Assembly (NCBI GenBank): GCA_047495785.1
Contig: JBLDXI010000025.1
Location: 1,178,001 to 1,242,000 of the forward strand
DNA length: 64,000 bases
Direction of reading: 5' to 3'
Origin: Lepidodermella squamata
Taxonomy: Eukaryota > Animalia > Gastrotricha
The position numbers were made by a program, and so were the translations under genes. A model generated the notes under the pieces. That model was not told the DNA's origin and searched no databases. It saw only the letters and a list, made by a program, of their open reading frames with translations. Shown piece after piece: positions 1-12,528 of the stretch (its first letter is position 1; the number at the start of each line of letters is the position of its first letter).

Positions 1-577
1 AATCCGCCACGGACCATCTCTCAGAGAAATTTGAATCCTCTCAACGGGAATAATGATGCGGATGCGAAAACAGCATTTTTATAAAATGGGAATATTCGAT
101 AAAAATAGTAAATAGTAAAATAGTTTTCACTGCCAATTTATTTGTCCGAATGTAATATCATCCCACGAGGATTTCAAGGGAGTTGAAATGTGAAAACTGC
201 GTAAAAAAATGTATCGTAGATAACGAAGACACTGTCTTCTTTTTTCAAAGGGTATTTCCAGAAAATTCAATTGCTCGCCTGCCAAGATCAATGCAAAACA
301 TGCCTTAAATTCTTAGAATAGGTCTAACCCTGCCCTTTATTTCGGTCATACATTTTAATTCGGTATTAAGGTAGTAATAAAATGCGAGACCAAAAATATT
401 GGCAAGCAATTTCCAAATAAGAAGCTAAAATTCAAAAAATCCTTGGAAATATTGAAAAAAATCGAGGCGTAAAACCATCACAATCTGTTTATTGAGCCTT
501 ACTACACAAATCGAACAAACAAAACATAAAAATGAAAAACACAAATCGAATTACAGTTTTACACACAGGCTAGAGTT

Positions 578-3500
578 TCAGCGCTCATGTTTAACGACAA
601 CGCCAGCCTTATCGCCCGCAGCCAGCAGCTCGCCATCGCCGTTTTTATTCGCAATCAGCGCCATGAACGCCTCAACCTCCTTCTCCATATCCGGCGCCGG
701 CTCCGCGTCCTCCGCCTCCATCGCCTCTTCATCGTCACCACCTTCTTCGTCATCCTCCCCTTCCCCATCCTCGCCGGTCGCCGCGTAGAAAGCTTGTTCG
801 TCCTCCTGCAGCCACGTCATCTGCTCCTGAGCGTCGTAAGCCGCCTCGCTCGCCGTAACGACAATCGACGCGAAAATGGACATGTCAGACGCGATCGACG
901 CATCGCCCTCCAGGCCTAGCACATGCCGCCAGCCGCCGTGGGCTGTCACGCGGAGTAGCGTCTGCGCCGTGTAGGTGACTCGATCCATCTCTTCGAAGGT
1001 CAGCGCCTCGTGGGCGGAAATGCCGCTGCTGGACTGGCACGGGTCGGGGATGCCGGCGGCTCCGGGGAGGAAAATGCCGCCTGCTAGGAGTTGCAGACAG
1101 CGACGGAAGGCCGGGGCGAGACCGGGCGAGCTCCCAGTGCCGGGTTCTCCCGACCCGCTCGTAGCCGCAGTTCCAGCTTTCGCGCCAGAATTCAACGCAT
1201 GCTAAAAAAAGAACTCAGTAAGCTACGAAAACTGGTCACTGGAAAACACGAAAACTCATTTCCTTCTCAGAATTTTCCGATGAAAATGAGAAATTTATAG
1301 TTCTCAAATTAAGGTCCCTTTTCCAATTGTATGCGCTAAATCGTTTGTTGCCTTGGAAATAAGAAAATTCGATGCTTGGCTCACCTGTGCGAGCAGAAGC
1401 AGCATCCATGGGTTGAGGCCCTGCATGCCTGTGAAGCGGTGCCGCATGTCTCGCAGGATGCGGACTAGCGCTCGGACGCTGGCGTTGTTCGCATTCTCCT
1501 CAAACCACTTGACGTGGCGAACCGCGGCCAGGTGCTGCTCGACCAGCTCGCGAGTCGGCTCTACAATTAAATGGAGTCATTAAAAACAATATCAACTGTG
1601 ATTTGACATAAGATAAAATGTTAGCTTGCTCTGTGAGGCGCCTGGCTGGCTTTGCTTACGCGATTAATCAAAATAAATAAACGAAGTGCTCATTTGAAGG
1701 TAATTTCAAAGTTCAACTTTTTTCACGAATTTTCGGGGTTTTCCTGACTTAGTTGCTGTTATATGCGTTACATCAAACTGGCAACAAGATTGTTGATGAT
1801 GCCAACGTTTTTCTACTCGACATGAATCTCACACAGAACGAGAATGAGCAGACTGCTTTCGAAAGCATCAGGCAAGCTCGAAAACCATTGTGGAGCTTGT
1901 GCCGAGTTCACCGGTACGGATATGAAGTACGGATACGGATACGGCTATCAGTTGTATATCAGGCTAATGAATCGACAGATGCTGCTGGTGTTGCTCAAGG
2001 TCATGAAGGTCATTGAAGGTGATCAAGCTGAATCCGAAGAAGACTTCTTCTCTGAGGTTGGCTCCCGTGGAGAAGTTCAGAGAAAGAAAGCGAGCCATCT
2101 AGTGAGAGCACTGGTGTTGCTAATATCGCTCAAGATGAAGCCAAGGGTGCTGAAGGTCAGATCGTTTTCACTGCACCTGCTGGAGCTGTGACGGCAGGTG
2201 CGGTTGTTGGAAGCGCCGTCACGGCTGTGATCCTAATTGCCAATGTCAGAAGTCATGTCTGCACTACTAAAGACTTACTATTATCTGCCCTCACTCATAA
2301 TTACGCTCAAAATCTGCCGGAATCGAGTGTCATAGTGATAACAGTTGTTTGTTACTAATAACTATTTTTGCCTTGACAAGTTCTCATCGAAAATCCTTGT
2401 TGGCTTGACAATGTAAAGAATCACGTGTTGGCCGCCATTAAACAAAGTAGGCATGCCATTAGCAATGCCGCAACGGATGGGCTGTCGAAGATTACATCTT
2501 TCAACTCACAGATACGTCGAACTGGCCTGCTTCCCGTGACCGTGTGATAGAGAAAAATTGATTGAGAGAGCACAGGACGGCCTGGGAGACGAGATCGAGT
2601 CGCGAATATATACGCGAAAGCATTTACGAGGAACTGGAACACGATATCAAACGTTATTCATTGAATTTTATTGATGTCGTTGGAACTACGTGCGGCATCT
2701 ATTTTAGGGATACGTCTGCTTGAAGAGCGGACTCACGATGGCGACAATAACTGCTGAGCAAGCGTTCCGCAAATATCATCCAGCGTGCTCAACGTCTTTT
2801 CGACTTCGAATTGGCGATTCGGCGAGCCTTTCCCGATGTTTTCCCATCGGTCGTTTTGCCCGGGTGTTTCTTCCATCTAAGGCAAAATCTGCTGAAAAAT
2901 TCAATTCTCCCACAATTCTTTCTAATTGCGATTTCGTTCAATATGACGAATGATATTTTCGCACTACCTCCGCGAAAGAAGCGTCCGTTAAGCTGTTCGG
3001 CTGCTCGCTGTCTTAGCCTACCGACCTGTCGGGCGTATTGCGACCTCTTTTTGAGTTTTGGCGAATCGCTTCAATAATAGTGACCTTCGATTGCAATTCC
3101 TCATTCTTCAAACAATCTACAGATATTTTGTTGGGTTTTACATAGGCGCCATCGACGGATGAGGGAATTTACGAATACTTGTCGGAACACGGTTCCTACG
3201 ATGCGAAGTACGATTTCAGTAATAGTTTTTCCTCCGCCAATCGGAACTTTTATCAACATTCGGCCTTCGCCACAGAGGTCCTTACCAATTTTGGACATCA
3301 GCTGGTGGTTACTCACCGTGTTCTGAACACAAATGCTTCATCAATTCCCTAATGTGTATTACTCATATATTAGCTGAAGAATGAGACTAAGCGGTGAAAA
3401 CGTTTAGCATACGTTGCGTAGGTTGAGCTCACTCAGCTGAACTCTTTCACCAAGCGTGAATGAAGCAAAATCAACCGAACCATGAAAGATGTCACAATAC

Positions 3501-6500
3501 AGGTGAGAAGTAAAAATCAACGAATTATAACTCTTTTCTGCGCCCAAGTGACCTTATTGCGAAACTCAAAAGCTCGAAAAACAATTTATGAAATTAAAAT
3601 AGGGCATTTTTCCAGATCATCAAATGAAGTTATAATTTGAACGGTAATGCGAGCTTACGGTGAATTGAATCGTCGAGCAGGCGCAAATTTGTTGGAATAG
3701 TCGCGATAAGGCACCGCAAACTCGCTTGCCGAGTCGCAATATCGAAACCGCTCGGTGTCATGGTCGATTGGACCCATTCGTTTCGGTTAGCCAAGCGATA
3801 GTCTGCCAACAGCTTATTGCACAGGGCCGAAACAGCTTCCTCTGTCGACCGAAAACATGAATGCAATTCATTTTCATACCCGACTGAAACTCACTGGTTG
3901 GGAGGGTTCGAAGCACGGTCACAACATCAGCTTGGTTCTTCTCACGAATCATTGTCTGCGTCTTGTACGAGCCAACTTGTTTCACCTCTTCGATTTGCTA
4001 AAATAACACAGCGATTTCAAAATGCGATCGTGAAGTGGTAAAAGTTAGGAATTCAAAAAAGTTGCGGAAAGGAAAATTACATATCTGCTACCGAGAAAAA
4101 TCAGGTGTCTTTGCTGGCGTCTTTTAGTAAGAATCAGGGCTAGAAAAGTTCTTCTTCTTCCCATCACCGGCTTCAAGATAATTTGACTCGCCACAAGGAG
4201 GCAAAACATAGGAAAATTTTGGAAAAAATCCCCAAAAAAGTTATCGTTTTATATTCCAAGCAAAATTTCGACTACTACATCGAGCAATCCTGTAATTCGC
4301 CAGCCTTCCACTTCAGAGGAGAATTCGACAGTAGACGATAGTATTCGCGCTGCAATTCATCGATTCCTGATGAGTACTGATGTCAGTCGAAATATCAATA
4401 TTGTCAACGGACGAAGATGCTACCAAGATCTTACGAGGTCCTATCAAGACGATAACTTGCTCATATTACCTTCATTTGGGTTTATTTCGATAATTGGGGC
4501 TTGGGGCTATCCGGACGAATGTTCATACGAACAGTAGAATCCCAATGATTTTGCCGGTACTATCGACGCAGAAGGTTTCCGCATCGCGATCGCGATGTCG
4601 AATATATTATTTTCTGATAAATATGAGTGCTTCTAAAGCTGAAGAGCCCTTGGCATTTAGTCCCGCAGCTGCCGGGAACGTGGAGGGGTGATATTCCGGA
4701 GACATGGGGCGATAATGACACGCTGGTCGCGCTCGCTTGAGTTTACCACGTTCATGTGCTGGTCCATACCTATCACACAACACACATCTTCCCTGCCTTC
4801 GGAACTGACCTTGGCGGTGTGAAGCAACTGATCTCGCCTACAACGGAACTGATCATTACTACTCAGTCGTCAAAGAGGGTTTCCTATCGACGGACCGCCA
4901 CAAACTTTGCGAATTAATTGCATTGGTGGAAAAATAGTTCGCTTCAAGCTGGCATAATACTTTAACCGTCAGCTAGACCAGATCGTGGCCAGCTGAAGAA
5001 CGGCGCCAAGTCCAATGTTGTTATGACAAATGACAAGGCTTTTTTCCAAGGCTGTGAAATAGTTTTCCCGTCAGCTAGACGCTTGATGTGTTTCTTCCAC
5101 CTCATGAAAATCGTCAAAGAACGCTGGCGAGGCAATTGCAGAGAGCCGAAACATCAACATCGATTTACATCAGAACGAATCTGCATCATCAAGCCTATCG
5201 GTCGTCGTGGTGCCGGGCGAAAGCCAACCTACCTATTATCTTTTTCTCGTTAACAGTCATTGTATGGCCCTGGGCAAGTAAGGTACCATGGATATTCTCG
5301 CGGTAATTGAACTAGCCATTTTTTATTTAATTTTATTTAACATTTTCTTTAACATTTGCAAACTCGATTGAAAATTATGAATTCTATACAAAAAGCAGAA
5401 TCCTCGACTGTGGGGGTGGGTGAGGAACGTTCTTCGCCTGCCTTCGCCCTCTTCAAAACCGGAAACGGTACACGACGCTCAGTCTCGAAGAGGCAAAATA
5501 AAACTATTATTATTATTATTATGCTCTTTAATCGCAGAAGAACTGGGAGCGTTTAAAAATAAATTCCGAGATCTTCTAATTTTCTTTTTTCATCTAGCCT
5601 TAGTACAGCGGTTCCCATGAGGGGGGTTGCGACCCAATTTTGGGTCGCAAGGGCTTTCTCGATGGGTCGACCCGCTGGGCCGCGGGTCGCGTGGGTCGCA
5701 AGGCAAACATAGGCTTGAGAAAAAAATAAGTGATGAATGAGTGAGTGGCACGCGTTTGCAGTGGTAAAAAAGTGATGAAATTTACTTTTTATGGAATAAA
5801 TTTTTTCAATTTCATCCACACATGCTCGCATTCAACTTTCTGACGTGTATTTTACTGGCCAAGAAATTAACAGCCGGCTATTTAAGAAATTGTGCGACGC
5901 ATTCAACGTGTTACTCTTCTATACCGAAGAGGTGGCTGTCGCGGGGGAAGGTGTTGGACAGAGTCTTTCGATTGAGGGAGGAAATTCACAAGTTTCTCGT
6001 GGAAAAATAACCACGATCTTGCAGAAAGGTTCAACGGCACGAAGTTCACCCTGCGTCTGGCATTTTTAGCCGATATTTTTGGCTTTGTCGTAGCTTTGAA
6101 CATTTCGCTTCAAGGAGGAAAGAAATATGTTTTCCAGTTGCAGCAGCATGTCGTTACGTTCATCAATAAACTCCCCGTTTACCGTGATCGTATAAGCAAC
6201 AAGGAATACAAATCTTTTTCGTTCCTGAACGAAGTGGTTGTAACCTATGAAATTTCGGTTCCAAAGAAAATTCGCAAACAATTCATTTCTTATCTGGAAA
6301 ACTTGGAAAATGAGTTTCGAAGGCGATTCTCTGAAGAGCTGAAGGCCGATTACTCTGATGTTCGGTTTCCCTTTACTGTCGACCCAACTAAGTTACTAAA
6401 GTCGAGCTACTATCCGAACTTTGATCTGTTAGCCAAAGAAACCTGATTTGATATTTGATGACTACATGACTCTGTTACAAAAATGTGAGAATATGGAAAA

Positions 6501-7579
6501 TGAAGAGGTTGATTCGAAATAAAATTGCAGAGTTTTGAACGAAATAATGATGCACCCCTATACAACCTATAATAAAAAATTTGAAAAATGCACCCCCAAA
6601 ATTGAACTTTTCAAATGCCAGGGTCGCTAAAATATCTTGAAAATCACTTTTAGGGTCGGGAAATGTTCAGCCGTGGGAACCGCTGCCTTAGTACCAAACC
6701 TGGGCTGAGATTCCCTTACGACCAACCACGCGTGAATAATTTAAACTAGCAATTTTCCGAATTTTTCCGGAAATTAAACGGAATCTGCTGCAAATAAAAG
6801 ATGTTCCTCGCGAAAAATGCATAGAAATTGAGCCATGAATCACGGCGATAATCGGCTGTGAAAGAAAAATGGTTAATTTGCTTCGAGATTTTGTCCAAAT
6901 TTAGAATTATTATGATTATCATATTTCTCGAAGTAGCGTAATTTCTATTACAAAAATGTGAAGCCACTTACAGCTGGTTCAAAACTGGCGGGATTGAGGA
7001 CTAGCGCCTCGAGTTGCGAGTGAATTTTCGACATGAGCGCTGACACGTAGGCCTGGTCGGACGGCGTCGGTGTGCAGTCCTGGTTACGCTGTAGAATCGA
7101 CTCGGTTAGCGCCTTTTCAGCCTGAGCATCGACCGGGTGAACGCGTGTGAATCCGCCCGATGACTCATTGCTTGGGCCCATGCCTGGGTTCATTCCACCA
7201 GGCTGGTAATGCGGCCTAGGAAACCTTTGTTCAACAATGTGAAGCCAAATTGCAAAATTGTTTCAAAAATATGAAAAGCACAATAAAATTTAAATTCAAA
7301 AATGGCGAAAATGTCAAGAAATTTTGAAAAATAAGTTATGAAATTTAAAATCAATAAAACTCAACAAATAGATTAACGGAAAATCTGCTTGTAATTATCA
7401 CATGATGCATTTTCAAATAAAATATTTTCGCGAATATACGTGAATAGATTTTTAATTTCTCTTCATTTTGTATCTCTTTTTTCTCCATTTCTCAGGATTT
7501 TTAGAATCCGTACTATGAAGACAGCTAACCTGGCTCCGCCTCGATAACCGCGTCCGTAATAATGACCTGGTCCTCTCAT
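578..7579 (-). CDS. ILF2: Interleukin enhancer-binding factor 2 (NF45), DZF-domain protein; 6 exons: 7579-7530, 7215-6971 (3' end approximate), 3997-3895, 3841-3659, 1560-1385, 1201-578
   Basis: The spliced translation is collinear with NF45 as recalled: N-terminal RG-rich MRGPGHYYGRGYRGG, ILQRNQDCTP, QIEEVKQVGSYK, HLAAVRHVKWFEENA, AFRRCLQLLAGGIFLPGAAGIPDPC, HGGWRHVLGLEGDAS and an acidic tail. All introns are GT-AG with consistent phases. Confidence 0.93.
2640..3450 (+). mobile_element. Decayed MULE (Mutator-like) transposase remnant in an ILF2 intron
   Basis: Frameshifted fragments including VFPSVVLPGCFFHLRQNL (MULE CxFH motif); no intact ORF; boundaries approximate. Confidence 0.6.
4440..5300 (+). 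mobile_element. Second decayed MULE transposase remnant in ILF2 intron 2
   Basis: MTNDKAFFQGCEIVFPSARRLMCFFHLMKIVKERW matches the MULE D..A...A...VFP....CxFH signature; degenerate, boundaries approximate. Confidence 0.6.
5606..6685 (+). mobile_element. Internally deleted hAT (Buster/Charlie-type) DNA transposon, 1080 bp
   Basis: Perfect 12-bp TIRs (CAGCGGTTCCCA ... TGGGAACCGCTG). An 8-bp TSD CCTTAGTA at 5598-5605 and 6686-6693 has the NNNTANNN form typical of Buster elements. Subterminal GGGTCGC repeats and transposase fragments (RWLSRGKVLDRVFRLREEI). Confidence 0.92.
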
Positions 7580-8884
7580 TCTTTTAAATTCAATTCTGCG
7601 AAATAAAACACTCTAAAAACCGGAAATGTCATAATAAAATTGAGAAAAAAGTTAACACAAGCACGTGTTGAATACGTTTAATTGACGCGACAATATCGAA
7701 TACAAGTATTTCCAGTACAAGTACGTAAATAACGTTAAATTATCAAGACATTCACGTAATTATTGAATTCACGAATAACATTTTCACATTATTTTCGAGA
7801 TAAAAATTTAGGAAATATTAAGACACAGGCAATATAACGCATCACACATCGCCGATCGATACACAACTGAATGTTAGTTTCATTCGAATTCGCTCTTATT
7901 ATTATACCAAACCACGACAAAAAATAATTCTGGCACAATCATATCATAGGTATAGATTACATCATCGTCTATAGCCATTGTTATTTTTTCAGTTGACAAG
8001 TGACTAGCTGCATCGTTGAAATTATTACGATGAAAACAAACGCGATAGAGCACACTTCGTTCTTTTCTTCCATTTTCAATCACCTTACATATTATTATTA
8101 TTAGCCGAAAAAAACGTAAAAGAATAATAATAATTTGTCTTCAATAATGCTGTTGATGTTGATGTTTGGGAAATTTTTCAGGAAATATTTGCACTTGAAA
8201 CATCAGTGGTTTAAATGTAGAGCCGAATACATAATTAGGCAGTATATTAGCAATTATATTTGAAGAAAGCAACAAGCGGCACAACATCAATTCATCATAA
8301 TATCTGGCCATGATTATTGACTATTATTTGTGTTGATATGGGCGTGTTTTTTGAAGGGTGTTATAAAAACGATCGCGTTCCAGAGAGAGAAGAAAAAATT
8401 GAGAGAGATCACAGACACAATCGGTGGACTTTTTGGCGCTACTTTACACATACCCTTCTCGTGAACGTTCTAATTAAATGAGAAAACTATAGCATCTAGC
8501 GAGTGAAAATAGCAAAATAAATTCAGGGGAAATAAAGAATGTTAGCGAAAATTCCACACTATAAAAAGGGAACAGTTCCAGCTAATTAGATGGAAAATTT
8601 GAAAATTCAAATTTCAATAATGGAGTAATTTTAAACGCCTCTTAAAATTATTCAATCCAATACAATAATTCATATTCATCAAAATTAGAATTTGTTAGAA
8701 ATTTCCAATTTTGTTTTAAATTCGTGAAATTTTATGAAATATGTGAAAAATTCGCCAGTTTAGAAGCAATACGAATAAAAACAAGAAAAAATGTGGCTAA
8801 AAGAGAAGAAGCAACGAAAAAGGCTGGCCTATCTATGTCTCAATATTTCACTTTCGTTCAAATTTATTCCTGTAAATTTATTTA

Positions 8885-11800
8885 TTACTGCATCGGCTGC
8901 ATTTGCTGCAACTGCGGCGTTTGACTCAAGCCGCGCAACTGCTCCAAAAACCGCTTCGGCGTCAAAATATGCGACGAGCCAATGACAACGTCCCAGTTCT
9001 TCGACGCATTCGCCACGTCGTAGGCGACTCGCATTTCCGACAGCGTCATGCCGCCAATGATGAAAATGATCAACCTCGGCCCGGTGCGCTGCTGTTTCGC
9101 ATCGCGGCCCCAGCCACCGCCGCCGCCAAACCGCCGCGTGCCACCTGTTGCTTGCCGCTGCATGCCGTGGAACGGGTAGATTTTCGCGTCTAACTTATCC
9201 TCGAGTACGTCCTCCATAATATCTCGCAAAAACGGGCTCCAGCGCGAGGTTGAGTACGTCTGTTCGTTCCGCTCCTTCCGGCCCTGGTTGAACAACTGCT
9301 TCGGCATGCGCCGGCTAGCCGGATCTTGCAACACGGCAACGTTCAACTGCTGCAGGTTGAACACCGTCTGCCGCTCCTCGGCCGGGATTTCGCAGTTTTG
9401 GAACAAGCGATTCAAGTTGTCCTCGGGGATGCCGCCCTTGTGCATGATGTACAGTAGGATAACTCGCAGTTTGTCGTTCATCGTATAGCCCGGCTCCATG
9501 AGGATGGGCACGACGATTTTCATCGCGTCTTTAACACGCTCGCCGTCCGCGTCGACGCCCGTTGCCAGGTCCTGTTCGACCTTGCACAGGCGGTCCATGC
9601 CGTTCGAAAACGCCGCCATGCAGTCCTCCGCCAGTTTCATGTGGGTCGTGTAGCGCGACAGTTCTTTCTGGTACTGCGGCAGTTTTTTCATGATTTGAGA
9701 CAAATCTTTCGCAGATTTTGTCTCGCCAGCGCTCATGCGGTGCGATTCAACGAAATCTTTCAGCTCCTTTGTGATTCGCCTGAAAAAATTTCGCGTTAAA
9801 TCATGAACTTCTATCAATAATATGAAATCAACTTTTTCAATAAATTTATTTTGAAATATTTTGAAAAATGTGAACTTTCATTTTTTATTCCGAATTCGAT
9901 ACATTTTTCAGCTTTCAACATTCGACACAAGTCTGGTGAATCTTTTCCCCAGTATTTTTCAAATTAAGCTATACTATTATTCAAGAAATTTGTTCTGCTG
10001 TAAGTAAGATCTTCATTATATTCCTGTTTTCATCATGGAAGTACTAAATTTTAATAATTTATATCGAATTGAATATGTCAACAATTTGAATTGGCTGGAA
10101 TTAAAATCAAAAGTTTCAATAACATTTGAATTCCCTTTTTCTACATTAATTTAAATAAAAATTTACGTCCACTTCCGCTTAAAATTGAGATCTACAATTA
10201 AGAGTTGAGATTAAAAGTCATAAGGCGAGCGAGTCCATCGATTTTAAATCTCAGTTGCAGCTACGTTCATCTGTCACTTTTTCAACCACTCTGCAATTAG
10301 GCGCCATTATCATTAGGCCACGGCTGTGTATAACTTAATAATAGCTTTCGATCAGGCGCCACGATCCACCAAAATAATCGATATCAAGTCACGCTTATAC
10401 GGCATGTACTATAGACGGCCAATTGTAAGTGTATTAAGAACAACACGCGACGGCACGCATATTAACCCAACGAAAAACTACCCCAGTGGCCCGCGCCTTT
10501 TGCATATTCGACCGAAAAGCTGGCCGCACTACTACTACTGCAGCTATGTAATGCGTAATTTCTACACTATTACTCTATAATGCTGAAATTTCTGAATATA
10601 TTTATTCATCACATGTGTAGTAATAATAAAGGCAGCGCGCGCGTGACGGAATAGCGCGACATAGAAAGCAAATACTTTTGCGGTTTTTATCGATTGCCGA
10701 GCTGAGAAACATAGCCGGACAAAAATCGATCGCAGATACTATGCGTTTACGAAATACGCATATAATAAATAATCAGAAAAATAACAAGAAGAAAAATTGC
10801 AGAAAACATTAGCGAGGGCGAAAAAGATATGGCCGTAACAAGGCTACAGGCCATATTCAATTAAAATTAAAATTAAACATGAAATTTCAAATAAATCCAA
10901 AAATTTCTCAATTTCCAAATCACAATAAATTATTGGTCTAATCAATTTCTTTGACTATTTGTAAATAAAAAATGTTAGTAAATGAAATCAGGGGCTTTTC
11001 ATAATTTGCGTACAAATTTATTAAAATCAAACTTACTGAGCTAGAACGGCAATGTGAAGGTGGCGAATTTGGGCGTAGAGTTCGTCATTTTCATCCAAAA
11101 TAACGTCCTTGACCTGCTCGTTGCCCTGCGAATTTGTCGCCTGGAACGTGTAAGTGTCGTTTTCAATCGGCAACAAATCGTAGGCCATCGCCTGGTAAGT
11201 GCATTCGTGAAGGAGCGGGGAGATGGGGTCGAAACCGCGGTCGAGAATCAACAACACCGATCGGTCTTTCTGCGGCCCTTCGCCCATGTTCGGATCGTCG
11301 GCTTTGTACGCCTCCAATTTTCGCTGCAGCGAAATGGCGAATTCGGCATTTTTCTCATGAGCACTGCAAATAACAACGAAAAAATTACATTTTTCATTGA
11401 AAAAACTTTGTATAAGTTAAAGAGCTGCGATTTCCGCCACCGAAAAGGTTCAAGATGGGTTAATAAGAGAAAAGCTTTCATCTAACTCTAAATTAAAAAC
11501 TCAGTCATAATAAAATTTTGAAATTATTTTCAAATTTATCCGGTAATTTTAGGCGGAGTTTATCAATATGAAGAATAAAATCTTTGAGGCGAATTTTTAT
11601 CCCAAAGTTAGTTTTTAAATGCAAAGCCCATTTCCAAAATTAAATTAGTAATTAAGTAAAATTAAGTTAGTTTCTCATCTAAATCCAGATTAATCAAGAG
11701 GACAGAAGTGTTTTAGCATTAGTCGGGGTAGCATAGGCTCTTGTTCACTCAGTGTCACCTTCACCTCATCAATAGAGTATCACTTACGGTTGAGAAGTTT

Positions 11801-12440
11801 CATAAAGTCTTCACACAAAATTAATGGTAATCCTCTGCAAAAATAACCCCATAAAAATGCGTTACCTGCGATAGCGAATGTTGGGATATTCGGATAAAGT
11901 AGCGCACAAAGTCGCCAGTTGTTCAGCCGAGCGTTCCAACAGCATTTGACGCGACTCGCTCACCTGCATCGTCTGGTTGTAGAAGTAGTAGAACAAGTCG
12001 GGCAGGTCCAGGTGGAAGACGCGCGATTCGTACGGCACGAACGAGATGTTGATCTCCTTCAGCGTTTTAATGTACTTCGCGGCTGGCGATTTCGAAATTT
12101 CGTTGAACAACGCATCAGGCATCGCTTCCGTCACAAAAATGTGCGCCCCGCGGTAGATTGGCCGGCGGGAGTTCATGAAATCTTGAATGATGCGCTGAAT
12201 CGACGCCTGAGTCGGAGTTATTAGGTAAATCGCTTCCAGAGCTGGCAATGGCTCGCGATTTTTCGTCAAATCTTCGACCAGGGTAATGCCCTCAGACATA
12301 ATTTCAGTCATTTTCGAGCATGATGATATAATCCGAGTCGATAATTTGTCGACGACCAGGACTTTAAACTGGTCTTGAACTTTCAACGGCCGGATAACTT
12401 CGTTCAAAATGCGTTGATTAACTGCTGATTTCAACGCCAT
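8885..12440 (-). CDS. STXBP1: Sec1/Munc18 family syntaxin-binding protein (unc-18/Rop/Munc18); exons 12440-11866, 11363-11037, 9779-8885
   Basis: [109 protein letters not shown]; two GT-AG phase-2 introns. Confidence 0.95.
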
Positions 12441-12528
12441 TTTTTCAGAAGAAATTTAGTAATAAATCTAAACAGAAAACAACAAATTAAATGAGCAATT
12501 TTATTGATGAAAAACGCGTGTTTTTTCT

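Noticed and set aside
1753-2250. Coding-like segment in an ILF2 intron (YGYGYGY, acidic stretch)
   Set aside because: Broken across frames with no identifiable family; probably part of the adjacent decayed element, and not supportable as a gene.
6948-7215. Possible alternative terminal exon of Munc18
   Set aside because: It translates as the NF45 N-terminal region and splices in phase with the other ILF2 exons.
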